Part shown: positions 47,752 through 56,348 of the stretch, piece after piece
Position numbering within the stretch: the stretch's first letter is position 1
Layout: every line of letters starts with the position of its first letter
Virus record (IMG/VR): IMGVR_UViG_3300048588_000476
Span: 1,845 to 65,844 of that record
Origin: a virus
Taxonomy: Duplodnaviria > Caudoviricetes
DNA: 64,000 nucleotides
Reading direction: 5' to 3' (one strand)
Notes under the pieces: generated by a model
What the model was told of the DNA's origin: nothing
Databases searched by the model: none
Seen by the model: only the letters and a program-made list of their open reading frames with translations
Program-made: the position numbers and the translations under genes

Positions 47752-47970
47752 ATGAACGTTAGCGTCGGCAAGGAAGTCAAGCTCTCCGGTAAGTCGGACC
47801 TTTGGACTCTGCAGTTCGAGTATTGGCTGAAGGAAGAGGGGATCAAGGTCGCGGCCAAGAAGATGAAGCAGAAGGGAGTGCCGTGCAGTATGGTGATCGG
47901 ATGGCTGAGGGTGAGAAACGAGAACGCCAACGTCTTCGACACCTGCATGAGGGATTTGGACTGGGCATAA
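47752..47970 (+). CDS. hypothetical early protein
   Basis: AGGAG SD, 72 aa. Confidence 0.65.
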   Translation: MNVSVGKEVKLSGKSDLWTLQFEYWLKEEGIKVAAKKMKQKGVPCSMVIGWLRVRNENANVFDTCMRDLDWA

Positions 47971-48021
47971 CGTAAACAACAGGGGCGGACATCCGGTCCG
48001 CCCCGCCTCAAGGAGAGAGTC

Positions 48022-48225
48022 ATGGGCGCATTGAAGAACGAAGTAGTGTCGAAGATGGTGACTGAGGTGGAAGCATATTCGATGCTAAGCAAGCAAGGCA
48101 TTAACCCCGAGCAAGACTGCAGGATGTCGATTCGGGATCTGATGCAGTTAATGGCTGAGTGTGACTTTACGATCGAGCAGATGGAGGCCGTAGCCTGCTA
48201 CGTTAACGACTTCTACGGAATGTAG
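48022..48225 (+). CDS. hypothetical early protein
   Basis: AAGGAG SD, 67 aa. Confidence 0.65.
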   Translation: MGALKNEVVSKMVTEVEAYSMLSKQGINPEQDCRMSIRDLMQLMAECDFTIEQMEAVACYVNDFYGM

Positions 48226-48338
48226 CACCCACCCACACTGCCTGTATGGGGTGTGGGTATCGACCTAGTAGTGCCTCCCCTCGTGCGTGCCATATGCGAA
48301 CGGTACGATGGATGCATACAATGATGTATCAACAAGGG

Positions 48339-48367
48339 TTGATAGCTATCCACTAATGGGGCATAAT
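48339..48367 (+). promoter_or_regulatory. putative sigma70 promoter whose -35 lies inside a palindrome copy (48338-48353)
   Basis: TTGATA-17-CATAAT; palindrome variant GTTGATAGCTATCCAC. Confidence 0.65.
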
Positions 48368-48416
48368 GGCTTCACGGTCAAACGTTGACCGGGCGCAGTA
48401 CAGATAGGAGATTCAA

Positions 48417-48992
48417 ATGGCTACCAAGCAAAAGGCGGTGAAGGCGTCCAAGGAACTGACGACGGCACAGCGTAAGGATTTGCGCGCTATCGCCGAAGAA
48501 ATGCAAAGGGCGTTTGCCACCATTCAGGCCGGTATCAGTGCGGATGGAATGTGCATGCTTTGTCTGGACGCGGCGCGAACGAAGGGAATCCCGACCGTTC
48601 AGGTGGTGCACGCTGCTCTCGATTCGATGCCCGACAAGGGAATGCCGAGCAGCCTGAAAACGCGGAAAGCGAAACTGTTCGCCATTGCTAACGCGGTGGA
48701 TGCGGGAACGACGATCCCGCACGGCAAAGACAAGACTCCGACTAGCGTCGGGTCGCTGCTCAAGCGCTCCGACGGCACGGGAGCAAGTCTGCAAGGCATG
48801 TACTCTGCGATCCGTGCCTTGTCGATGAAGGCGAAGGGCGTGCAACAGCGATTCGATGAATTGATCGAACGGATCGCCAAGCAGTTGAGCAACGACCGTG
48901 AATTGCTCTCGGCATTCCTTGCGGATGGAACGATCGAAACGATCGAGGCGAGCGCGGAGGATATGATCAAGGAAAAAACGACCAAGAAGTAA
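48417..48992 (+). CDS. hypothetical basic protein
   Basis: AGGAG SD, own promoter and terminator, 191 aa. Confidence 0.75.
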   Translation: MATKQKAVKASKELTTAQRKDLRAIAEEMQRAFATIQAGISADGMCMLCLDAARTKGIPTVQVVHAALDSMPDKGMPSSLKTRKAKLFAIANAVDAGTTIPHGKDKTPTSVGSLLKRSDGTGASLQGMYSAIRALSMKAKGVQQRFDELIERIAKQLSNDRELLSAFLADGTIETIEASAEDMIKEKTTKK

Positions 48993-49013
48993 CGCTGACA
49001 CAACGCAGTGCAC

Positions 49014-49042
49014 GGGGCGACCTTCGGGTCGCCCCTTTTTTT
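49014..49042 (+). terminator. intrinsic terminator
   Basis: GGGGCGACC-TTCG-GGTCGCCCC followed by T7. Confidence 0.9.
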
Positions 49043-49222
49043 GTCCGTTCCACGCCCGTGCTCGCCTCTATCTCGCCGCTGACGCGGCAGAGGCTGCGCG
49101 CGGAGGGTGGGGCGGACTGCGTCCTAGTAGTCGCTCGCCCCGCGCGTGGCGTTGTGATAGGATACGCACGGAGGCTCTGGTGTCGTAGACACCGAGGTAG
49201 AGCCGAGTACGTTCGTAGTATA

Positions 49223-49238
49223 GTTGATAGCTATCAAC
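49223..49238. promoter_or_regulatory. 16-bp palindrome GTTGATAGCTATCAAC
   Basis: exact copy abutting an SD. Confidence 0.8.
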
Positions 49239-49248
49239 GGAGGGAGCC

Positions 49249-49518
49249 ATGGCTGCACCACGCATAGAGGCAGAGAGCTGGGTACGTAGACTGGTGGAGA
49301 GGCACCTAGCCGCTACCAACGCCAAATTGACAGAAGCAAGGGTCAAATTGGTGCTACTACGCAAGGAAGGGGCGCGTACTGCTGCAACGGAGCGACGATG
49401 CCAACGTTTGATCGCGCTAGCGCATAGGGACAGAACATGGCTGGCAGCAGCTGGGCCACGCAAGCGGCCGAAAGCCCCGCCGGGCGAGCTGACAAAACTG
49501 CTGGACGAATTCCGTTAA
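49249..49518 (+). CDS. hypothetical basic protein
   Basis: GGAGGGAG SD directly after a palindrome copy; 89 aa. Confidence 0.55.
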   Translation: MAAPRIEAESWVRRLVERHLAATNAKLTEARVKLVLLRKEGARTAATERRCQRLIALAHRDRTWLAAAGPRKRPKAPPGELTKLLDEFR

Positions 49519-50213
49519 ATTTCGAGGGGGCCTGAATTTAAGGCCCTTATTTTTTGGGGGTTGTGGGAGTAACGCTCTTAAATTTCGAGGGGGCCAGAAT
49601 TTAAGCCCTTAAATTTCGGGTGTCGTCCCAGTAGTGGGCTTATTTGCCGCGAAATTGTGGATAGTGAGAAATCTCGGTATGTTTGGTGCACCTGCCGAAA
49701 AAACAACGACTTACCCCCTCTATTATTATTTCTTTATATTAAAAAGAGAGAGAGAGGGGGGTCCGAAAATGGGTCTACAGTAGTCATTTTCTTACTATAC
49801 AATCCTCTCTAGTAGCAGCCTTAAATTCGAGGGGGGCCGTTAAATAAGATTTCACTCTGAGGACACATTGAAAAAAGCCCGATTTTTGTTAAAACTATGA
49901 TTCTAAAGGAAAAGTTACTTTCACGTTTTGTTAAAAGCATGATTCGAAACGACTTTTTTTTAACAAATTTTTCCAATTTTGTTAAAAGCATGATTCTAAA
50001 GGGAAACTTAGGGGCAGGTCTTGCCCTAAATACTCCACAATCCTCGAATTCTATAAATTCTTATTCCCACGCAAAGTGTCACCAACTCCCCCGCAATTTA
50101 AGCTCAGCTCTTAAATTCCAGCACCTGTGCATATAACGCCACTACTCCCACGCAAAGTGTCACCAACTCCATCGAAATTTAAGCTCACTAAATTCCAGCA
50201 CCCGTGCATATAA
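49515..50213. repeat. AT-rich non-coding region with three repeat families (candidate origin or terminus)
   Basis: TTAAATT(T)CGAGGGGG x3; TTTTGTTAAAA(ct/gc)ATGATTC x3 (49884, 49926, 49977); about 70-bp direct repeat 50065-50136/50146-50213. Confidence 0.75.
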
Positions 50214-50233
50214 GCCGAATTACCTGACGTATT

Positions 50234-50249
50234 GTTGATAGGTATCAAC
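50234..50249. promoter_or_regulatory. 16-bp palindrome variant (AGGT centre)
   Basis: GTTGATAGGTATCAAC. Confidence 0.75.
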
Positions 50250-50350
50250 TACGCTACTGCCACGACACCCAGAATTTAACGGCCTTACTACCCACAATTC
50301 TCCACCACTTACACTATCCACAAACCTCGTTTATACAACGTCCGAATTAC

Positions 50351-50379
50351 TTGACATTTCCTATCTATTAGCGTATAAT
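50351..50379 (+). promoter_or_regulatory. consensus sigma70 promoter
   Basis: TTGACA-17 bp-TATAAT exact match. Confidence 0.9.
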
Positions 50380-50472
50380 GGTGGCGTTAGTGGGAAATTG
50401 TACGAAGTAAATTTTGGCAGTAAGGCAGTGCGAGGCGGGCCGGTGGTGCGTTGATAGACTTCTGTACTTTCA

Positions 50473-50488
50473 GTTGATAGCTATCAAC
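50473..50488. promoter_or_regulatory. 16-bp palindrome GTTGATAGCTATCAAC
   Basis: exact copy; half site GTTGATAG at 50450. Confidence 0.8.
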
Positions 50489-50937
50489 CAAAACCCCAGC
50501 CCAAATGCACGCCCTCCCACTACTGGGTCGCGGTGCGGTTCGCTAACCAGCCTGCGCGACTCAGGCTCAGCCTTCGGGCAGCTACAGGTGCATAACAAGC
50601 GGTGCAGTAATGTGGATGCAGACGGAATCAGTACTGTCGAACGATAGTACGAAACGCCCCGAGGCGGGGGCGGACAGGGAGCTGGTGGTGTGGGGCAATC
50701 AGTGTGTTGGTGCTGCTACAGGGCACACGTGCACTGACCCGAAGTACCATGCCTAGCGTGCCTGTTATGCGAACGTCGGTAAGATTCGGCTCACTACCGA
50801 GCGCTACCCACCACGCTGCACGGAGCGCATTGAAAGCTCGCCAGACACAAGTGCATGACCAATAAACGTGTCGGCGTTAACCCTTCAGTGCATATGCCAG
50901 CATCCCCCGTGCGTAAGGCACGTACAAAGGGCGGCGC

Positions 50938-50953
50938 GTTGATAGCTATCAAC
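50938..50953. promoter_or_regulatory. 16-bp palindrome GTTGATAGCTATCAAC
   Basis: exact copy. Confidence 0.8.
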
Positions 50954-51492
50954 GTTCAACCTACCCGGGTGGCGATCCAAATAAGACGAAGGCGAAAGAG
51001 ATCGAATGTAGTTGATTCAGCGTGCCGTGGTTCGTAAGCCCTCCCCGCGCAAGGCCGGGAATCGGTGGACACAAAGCGGCGTCGGTCAGTGTGACCGACA
51101 AGAACACCAAGACATACGCTGATACGCTGCACGTGCATGGTGTCGTGAGACACGCATGCATCGGTCTCGGACTGGGGCGGAGCAAGCAGCCCCTGCGTAC
51201 ACAACGTACGTGCTGGTCGACCCCAACCATGCTAGGGGTCACTAATGTAAACGCGCAGCGGCGGAGCTGCGTGTGTGTCGCCACCTATTCCCATACACTT
51301 CAGGCAACGCACTACTGGGGCAGCCCAGACGAGGCATATCCCTCGTGCAGCTCCGCCTATCGAGCGCGGGGCGCTCCCCCAACTCGATCCTAAGAAACAC
51401 CTTTCTTCGGCGCCTCTGACCGTTCCCCTAACCGTATGACCTTTCGCAGTACCGGTATGGAGGCGCCGAAGAAAGCTGTTTCTATTCTTCCC

Positions 51493-51508
51493 GTTGATAG
51501 CTATCAAC
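51493..51508. promoter_or_regulatory. 16-bp palindrome directly before first array gene
   Basis: exact copy, 8 bp before ATG 51517. Confidence 0.8.
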
Positions 51509-51516
51509 CAAACGCC

Positions 51517-51729
51517 ATGAAAATAATCCGAGCTGAACGCTGGGACGAACCGGAAGACGCCAAGTGCGTCGTGTGCGACATGCCTACAATAGGCTGGGCG
51601 CAGACAGACCAGATGTCCGGCGTCCGACGGGTCGTCCTGCCTTGCGGGTGCTGTAATCAACTTGACACCCCGCATGCGATACCCGACGACATGATCGCCG
51701 TGGCTCTGCTGATGTTGGAGGAGACATGA
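51517..51729 (+). CDS. zinc-finger array gene 1 (type A)
   Basis: CVVC..LPCGC..IAVALLMLEET. Confidence 0.8.
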   Translation: MKIIRAERWDEPEDAKCVVCDMPTIGWAQTDQMSGVRRVVLPCGCCNQLDTPHAIPDDMIAVALLMLEET

Positions 51730-51917
51730 ACAAAATAGCGGCAGCATGGCGCCCTGTGCACCCCCAAACGTGCGTCGAATGTGGAGCCCCCGTTGAGGGG
51801 TATGTGTTTATGGAGGGAAGACCGCACGGGGGCACGTTGCCGTGTGGGTGCAGTTTCTCCGGCAAGTTGACGCCCGAAGAGATAGCACTAGCCTTGCTCA
51901 TGCTGGAGGGTGAATGA
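51726..51917 (+). CDS. zinc-finger array gene 2 (type A)
   Basis: CVEC..LPCGC..LTPEEIALALLMLEGE. Confidence 0.85.
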   Translation: MNKIAAAWRPVHPQTCVECGAPVEGYVFMEGRPHGGTLPCGCSFSGKLTPEEIALALLMLEGE

Positions 51918-52135
51918 GACGCGCGGCATCACTCCGGTACATGCACGGGTACAACGGCCCCAACTGCTGCCCGGCATGCGACTCCCCCGTCACTGGGTTT
52001 GTGCTCGACGGCAGAGCACGGCACATATACGTCGTGCCATGCGGGCACCGCTCGACGAATCCAGAGTGGTGCTCGAAGGGACAGCGCCAGCTGACGCCAT
52101 TCGAGATAGCGTTGATGTTATTGGAGGCAGAATGA
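51914..52135 (+). CDS. zinc-finger array gene 3 (type A)
   Basis: CPAC..VPCGH..LTPFEIALMLLEAE. Confidence 0.85.
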   Translation: MRRAASLRYMHGYNGPNCCPACDSPVTGFVLDGRARHIYVVPCGHRSTNPEWCSKGQRQLTPFEIALMLLEAE

Positions 52136-52344
52136 AACCAAGACCGATCCTCAAGGTGGAGCAGAGCCCCGGCCCCACTAGCTTTTGTGGACTGTGCAAC
52201 CGTAATCGTGCATGGTACGCAGAAGCAGAGGACTGCGGGAATACGTACCGCTTCGACCTCCCGTGCGGGCACTCGTGGGGAGTACAGGTGCACCTCACGC
52301 CCGAAGAGCTGGCCCTAGCCTTGTTGATGATGGAGGGTGCATGA
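52132..52344 (+). CDS. zinc-finger array gene 4 (type A)
   Basis: CGLC..LPCGH..LTPEELALALLMMEGA. Confidence 0.85.
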   Translation: MKPRPILKVEQSPGPTSFCGLCNRNRAWYAEAEDCGNTYRFDLPCGHSWGVQVHLTPEELALALLMMEGA

Positions 52345-52547
52345 AACAAATCACAAGCGTGCATCGGTACTCAATGACCGGCGTGCATTGCGAGGTATGC
52401 CACGAGCCGAGTAACGGATGGGCGTGCGTCGACCAGATGCACTTTTTCGCCATGCCGTGCGGGCACCAGCGGACCACCAAGCACGTACTCACCCCGCGTC
52501 TGCATGCGATAGCCTTGCTCATGTACGAAGGGGCCGAACGTGACTAG
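52341..52547 (+). CDS. zinc-finger array gene 5 (type A)
   Basis: CEVC..MPCGH..LTPRLHAIALLMYEG. Confidence 0.85.
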   Translation: MKQITSVHRYSMTGVHCEVCHEPSNGWACVDQMHFFAMPCGHQRTTKHVLTPRLHAIALLMYEGAERD

Positions 52548-52749
52548 AAAATTCCATATGCGCCAAACGATGGCGTCCGTGCAAGGGCAGCCGGCTAAGT
52601 GCCCTCAATGCCGTCGTTTTGTCACGCACTTCCTGTGGACTAATGCAAGCACTACTGGGTTCGCGCTGCCATGTGGGCACCATCCGGAACCTATTCAGCT
52701 CAGCCCCGAGGACTTGGCCCTAGCCTTGTTGATGATGGAGACGGTGTAA
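52540..52749 (+). CDS. zinc-finger array gene 6 (type A)
   Basis: CPQC..LPCGH..LSPEDLALALLMMETV. Confidence 0.85.
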   Translation: MTRKFHMRQTMASVQGQPAKCPQCRRFVTHFLWTNASTTGFALPCGHHPEPIQLSPEDLALALLMMETV

Positions 52750-52982
52750 TGCCTACCCTAGACATAAACGCCGAACTAGACTTCTTCCCCGCTGACGAGC
52801 GCACAGGGCAAGCGTGCCCCCTGTGCAACGAGGTAGTGCGCGGATGGGCATCGGCAACGAGGTATGTCGGGCACCCGACGCTGTTCTGCCTCCCGTGCGG
52901 GTGCGCCCCGTTCCAGTTCACCGACTGGTCGATGACGCCTGCACTGCATGCACTGATGCTCCTACGAATGGAGGGCGTATGA
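52749..52982 (+). CDS. zinc-finger array gene 7 (type A)
   Basis: CPLC..LPCGC..MTPALHALMLLRMEGV. Confidence 0.85.
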   Translation: MPTLDINAELDFFPADERTGQACPLCNEVVRGWASATRYVGHPTLFCLPCGCAPFQFTDWSMTPALHALMLLRMEGV

Positions 52983-53188
52983 GACGAATCACGACGGTCG
53001 AACCTAACGGCGCAGGTTTGCAAATGTGCACCAAGTGCCGCGAGCGTACCCCGTACGTTGCGCGGGTGGATGCCCGACACCATAGCTACTACAACTTCGA
53101 CCTCCCATGCGGGCACTCGTGGAGCGACGCGCCGCCGCTGACGCCCGAAGAGCTGGCCCTAGCCTTGTTGATGATGGAGGGTGCATGA
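52979..53188 (+). CDS. zinc-finger array gene 8 (type A)
   Basis: CTKC..LPCGH..LTPEELALALLMMEGA. Confidence 0.85.
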   Translation: MRRITTVEPNGAGLQMCTKCRERTPYVARVDARHHSYYNFDLPCGHSWSDAPPLTPEELALALLMMEGA

Positions 53189-53400
53189 GAGTCCACAAGC
53201 GGACCAGCCTGGAGTGGTGCGACGACTGCAACGCCAGCACTACTTTCTGGGTTGACCTCGCGCCGCATCTGCCGGGCATTGAAGAGTGCTACTCGTTGCC
53301 ATGCGGGTGCTACCTCGGACGCCACGCGGGGCATCTGCCTCGACCCCCGCTCTCTACAGAGCAGGCAGCCCTTGCTCTTCTCTTGGCGGAGGACGCATGA
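53185..53400 (+). CDS. zinc-finger array gene 9 (type A)
   Basis: CDDC..LPCGC..LSTEQAALALLLAEDA. Confidence 0.85.
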   Translation: MRVHKRTSLEWCDDCNASTTFWVDLAPHLPGIEECYSLPCGCYLGRHAGHLPRPPLSTEQAALALLLAEDA

Positions 53401-53636
53401 GACGTATTCAGTCAGCCTACACGAATAAGGGGCTACCGTACCGGTGCTCCACGTGCGACGCCCTCGTCTTCGGACGCGCAGAGGTGCATGAGGAGTCCTT
53501 CCAGCTCGCCCAGCTCATGCTTCCGCACAACCTTCCATGCGGGTGCGTGTGGAACACATACAAACATATGTCGTCCGGGGCGTTGGGGACCGCCGAGCTG
53601 GCCGCGGCGATGTTGATAGCTATCAACGAGGACTAG
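53397..53636 (+). CDS. zinc-finger array gene 10 (type A)
   Basis: CSTC..LPCGC..LGTAELAAAMLIAINED. Confidence 0.85.
   Translation: MRRIQSAYTNKGLPYRCSTCDALVFGRAEVHEESFQLAQLMLPHNLPCGCVWNTYKHMSSGALGTAELAAAMLIAINED
53612..53627. promoter_or_regulatory. 16-bp palindrome at 3' end of array gene 10
   Basis: exact copy; encodes LIAIN. Confidence 0.8.
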
Positions 53637-53640
53637 GGCC

Positions 53641-53853
53641 ATGCACAGACGCGTAGATTTGTTCGTGCCGTTGGATGGCGCAGGTACGAAATGTCCTCAC
53701 TGCTTCAGTAGGCCAGAAGGGTATGTATGGTTGGAAGTCAACAACCTGTCATACCCAATGCTGGTGCCGTGCGGGCATGCGGCAGAGGGCCAGCACCTCG
53801 AACATCTTACGGACGCCGAGATTGTGTTTGCTGCCTTGCTGCGAGACAAATGA
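53641..53853 (+). CDS. zinc-finger array gene 11 (type A)
   Basis: CPHC..VPCGH..LTDAEIVFAALLRDK. Confidence 0.85.
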   Translation: MHRRVDLFVPLDGAGTKCPHCFSRPEGYVWLEVNNLSYPMLVPCGHAAEGQHLEHLTDAEIVFAALLRDK

Positions 53854-54083
53854 TGCCAGTGCGAACAGATATCCCCGGGGCAATTGTGTATATGTACGAG
53901 CCCGCAGCGCCCCCAGCACCCCCGATATGCCGCACGTGCTGCACTCGCACGTCGGGGTGGGTATATGTGGACCCAGATTATTACCATCTGCCATGCGGGC
54001 ACGGGGCGCCGCCTCGATCCGGGGAAAAATCCCTCGACCCGGCGGTGCACGCACTGGCACTGTTGATAGTGGAGGACGCATGA
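53850..54083 (+). CDS. zinc-finger array gene 12 (type A)
   Basis: CRTC..LPCGH..LDPAVHALALLIVEDA. Confidence 0.85.
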   Translation: MMPVRTDIPGAIVYMYEPAAPPAPPICRTCCTRTSGWVYVDPDYYHLPCGHGAPPRSGEKSLDPAVHALALLIVEDA

Positions 54084-54289
54084 GAGTGTATCGACGTGCG
54101 AGTGCAGCACGGTGCCATAAATGTGGGCAGCCGTCGGACTACTGGGTCGACGTAGCAGCGTACATAGACCCGGATTCAACCCGCATGTGGGACGGGTACT
54201 ACGACCTGCCGTGTGGGTGTGCGTGGGATGGCGGCGCCCCTCTGCCTGCCGACCAGATTGCTATTGCCCTGCTGATGGGAGACCCATGA
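54080..54289 (+). CDS. zinc-finger array gene 13 (type A)
   Basis: CHKC..LPCGC..LPADQIAIALLMGDP. Confidence 0.85.
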   Translation: MRVYRRASAARCHKCGQPSDYWVDVAAYIDPDSTRMWDGYYDLPCGCAWDGGAPLPADQIAIALLMGDP

Positions 54290-54513
54290 GAAAAATCGTG
54301 CGGCCCCCAGAGCCTCACTGGAAAACGCAAAACGCATGCTCCATGTGCTATGAGTCCGTGGAGCACGTGGTGTGGGTCGCTGAACCCGGCACCATGTTTG
54401 GCAACATCTATGCGCTTCCGTGCGGGCACCTGATAGAATATTTGGGCAAAATGCCCAACGACTTGACGACAGACGAGATAGCGCTGGCAATGCTGATGCT
54501 GGAGGTGTCGTGA
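54286..54513 (+). CDS. zinc-finger array gene 14 (type A)
   Basis: CSMC..LPCGH..LTTDEIALAMLMLEVS. Confidence 0.85.
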   Translation: MRKIVRPPEPHWKTQNACSMCYESVEHVVWVAEPGTMFGNIYALPCGHLIEYLGKMPNDLTTDEIALAMLMLEVS

Positions 54514-54713
54514 ACATTCGAAAGATCAAAGGGTTTCAGTGCCCGAAGTGCAACACTCCCGTAACGCACCGGGTGCGAGTTGGCGGCAACGCCGTACCCC
54601 ATACCGAGTCGGACCCGCATGCGTACTCGCTGCCCTGTGGGCATGCATGGGCAAGAGCTGGGGCGCCGCTAGACCCCGCCGAACTTACTCTTGCGCTCCT
54701 ACTGATCGATTGA
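54510..54713 (+). CDS. zinc-finger array gene 15 (type A)
   Basis: CPKC..LPCGH..LDPAELTLALLLID. Confidence 0.85.
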   Translation: MNIRKIKGFQCPKCNTPVTHRVRVGGNAVPHTESDPHAYSLPCGHAWARAGAPLDPAELTLALLLID

Positions 54714-54724
54714 TATGTATCAAC
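54709..54724. promoter_or_regulatory. palindrome variant between array genes 15 and 16
   Basis: ATTGATATGTATCAAC. Confidence 0.65.
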
Positions 54725-54731
54725 GTTCATA

Positions 54732-54974
54732 ATGTCGAATATACACAGAGCAGAGCAAATACCGGCCATCCTTTTTCCTCCCGTTTGTACGACCTGCGGC
54801 ACCCCCACGAAAGTAATGGCTAGGGTGTACAAACACCACACACAGGGCGCTTACGTCAACAAGGAATCGCAGTTCGTCCACTTCCTGCCTTGCGGGCACT
54901 GCCCCGGCGTTGGATGCCAAGACCTGCCCGAGGAAGAAGTGACGATAGTGCTGCTGATGCTGGAGGAAGCATGA
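54732..54974 (+). CDS. zinc-finger array gene 16 (type A)
   Basis: CTTC..LPCGH..LPEEEVTIVLLMLEEA. Confidence 0.85.
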   Translation: MSNIHRAEQIPAILFPPVCTTCGTPTKVMARVYKHHTQGAYVNKESQFVHFLPCGHCPGVGCQDLPEEEVTIVLLMLEEA

Positions 54975-55210
54975 AAATCGAGAGTGTTGAACGCAAAGAG
55001 TACGACTACCACTGCTTCAAGTGCAAGGTACTCGTGACACACTACATATTCACGGATCGACAGGTAGCCAAGCCTTCGGGGCCGGGGTTCTATGATCGTG
55101 ACACCTTGGCATATTACTACCCCTGCGGGCACTCGAACTACTCCGCAGACCATGGGGCAAGTATTGACGAGGGGTTGCTGACTGCGGCAGCACTGATGGT
55201 GGAGGACTGA
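54971..55210 (+). CDS. zinc-finger array gene 17 (type A)
   Basis: CFKC..YPCGH..IDEGLLTAAALMVED. Confidence 0.85.
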   Translation: MKIESVERKEYDYHCFKCKVLVTHYIFTDRQVAKPSGPGFYDRDTLAYYYPCGHSNYSADHGASIDEGLLTAAALMVED

Positions 55211-55431
55211 TGCGAAACATCAAACTGCGACGCGACGCCGGGCGACTATCGTGCTATAACTGCAAACAATCTCGCCCCCATAAGTACATTGACGTCGAGC
55301 GCATCAAGTGCACGGTGTGCGCCTCGTGCGGGCAGGTCACCACAAGAAACACAGTCATGGGGCCGCTAGGTAAAGTGCCTGACCTCTCCGAGGCCGAGTT
55401 AGCCCTGCTTCTATTGATGGAGGAGTCGTGA
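55210..55431 (+). CDS. zinc-finger array gene 18 (type B)
   Basis: CYNC..CASC..LSEAELALLLLMEES. Confidence 0.85.
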   Translation: MRNIKLRRDAGRLSCYNCKQSRPHKYIDVERIKCTVCASCGQVTTRNTVMGPLGKVPDLSEAELALLLLMEES

Positions 55432-55673
55432 TGCAGTTGCCGACGGCGTGGCGCAAGCTAGAGGGTACCGGCACCATATGCCCGAGCTGTCAGCGGCATA
55501 CTAATGGCCTATTCAACGGCAATCAAAAGTACATATGCGACCTCCCAGTCGGGTCGTTATACGTGTGCCCAACGTGCAAGTACATGGAGTCTTTGGGGCT
55601 CCTTGACACCGAATCCAGACTGCTCAGCGAGAGCGAGCTGGCGTATGTCATCCTGATAGCGGAGGGCACATGA
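55428..55673 (+). CDS. zinc-finger array gene 19 (type B)
   Basis: CPSC..CPTC..LSESELAYVILIAEGT. Confidence 0.85.
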   Translation: MMQLPTAWRKLEGTGTICPSCQRHTNGLFNGNQKYICDLPVGSLYVCPTCKYMESLGLLDTESRLLSESELAYVILIAEGT

Positions 55674-55882
55674 ACGTCGTGCGGGTGATCAGCTGGAACG
55701 AACACTGCGAGCTGTGCAACGCTCACGCCCCGTGTTACGCAGAAGTGGACCTCCCCGGGTACATTACGTACAACATACCGTGCGGGTGTGCGTACGGAAC
55801 GTATGACGACGGAACGCCTGCGTCCCCACTGACCCCCGAGCAAATAACACTGGCCTTGCTTATGTGGGAGGGTACAGAATGA
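55670..55882 (+). CDS. zinc-finger array gene 20 (type A)
   Basis: CELC..IPCGC..LTPEQITLALLMWEGTE. Confidence 0.85.
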   Translation: MNVVRVISWNEHCELCNAHAPCYAEVDLPGYITYNIPCGCAYGTYDDGTPASPLTPEQITLALLMWEGTE

Positions 55883-56088
55883 ACTACGACTTTTTCTTCT
55901 CGCCTGACGTCTGCAAGGTGTGCGGCAACAGCGGGCCTGCGTACGTGGTGTGTCGCGGGCCGGAAGTGTATGGGGTGTTCAACCTGCCCTGTGGGCACAG
56001 GTTCGCGACTACTGTGTCGAATGATCCGGTGAAGCAATGCCCCGACGAGATTCTTGCGCTGTATCTTCTGCTGGAGAAGCCGCAATGA
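55879..56088 (+). CDS. zinc-finger array gene 21 (type A)
   Basis: CKVC..LPCGH..CPDEILALYLLLEKPQ. Confidence 0.85.
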   Translation: MNYDFFFSPDVCKVCGNSGPAYVVCRGPEVYGVFNLPCGHRFATTVSNDPVKQCPDEILALYLLLEKPQ

Positions 56089-56336
56089 TGTTCAACAAGC
56101 TCGAATACAACTTCATAACAAGCTGGCAGCGTCCATGCGAAATATGCGCCAAGCAATGCACACAATATATGGTCTTCGCCGGGAGTCGCGAAGATTTCGG
56201 GCAGGCTATCACCGTGCTGTATAACGTTCCGTGCGGATGTAACGCGACCCCCGAGTTGCCTGCCGAGAACCTACGCGCCCCCGTGCCAGAGTCGCTACCC
56301 CCCGACGTCATGGCGCTGTGCATGCTGGAAGGTTGA
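56085..56336 (+). CDS. zinc-finger array gene 22 (type A)
   Basis: CEIC..VPCGC..LPPDVMALCMLEG. Confidence 0.85.
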   Translation: MMFNKLEYNFITSWQRPCEICAKQCTQYMVFAGSREDFGQAITVLYNVPCGCNATPELPAENLRAPVPESLPPDVMALCMLEG

Positions 56337-56347
56337 TAGGTATCAAC
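56332..56347. promoter_or_regulatory. palindrome variant between array genes 22 and 23
   Basis: GTTGATAGGTATCAAC. Confidence 0.75.
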
Positions 56348-56348
56348 C

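Larger units (their letters stand above)
50386..51490 (+). ncRNA. candidate large structured RNA or leader
   Basis: no convincing ORF; many hairpins including cUUCGg (50570), GUGA tetraloop (51134-51160) and a 16-bp stem 51401-51416/51460-51475. Confidence 0.4.

Noticed and set aside
49897-51393. ORF-track entries at 49897, 50414, 50855 and 51022
   Set aside because: No SD, atypical composition, and they run through repeats or hairpins; treated as non-coding, though small peptides cannot be excluded.
51493-56347. Palindrome as an integron attC site
   Set aside because: GTTGATA does not fit GTTRRRY, the sites are too short, most genes lack one, and no integrase is present.
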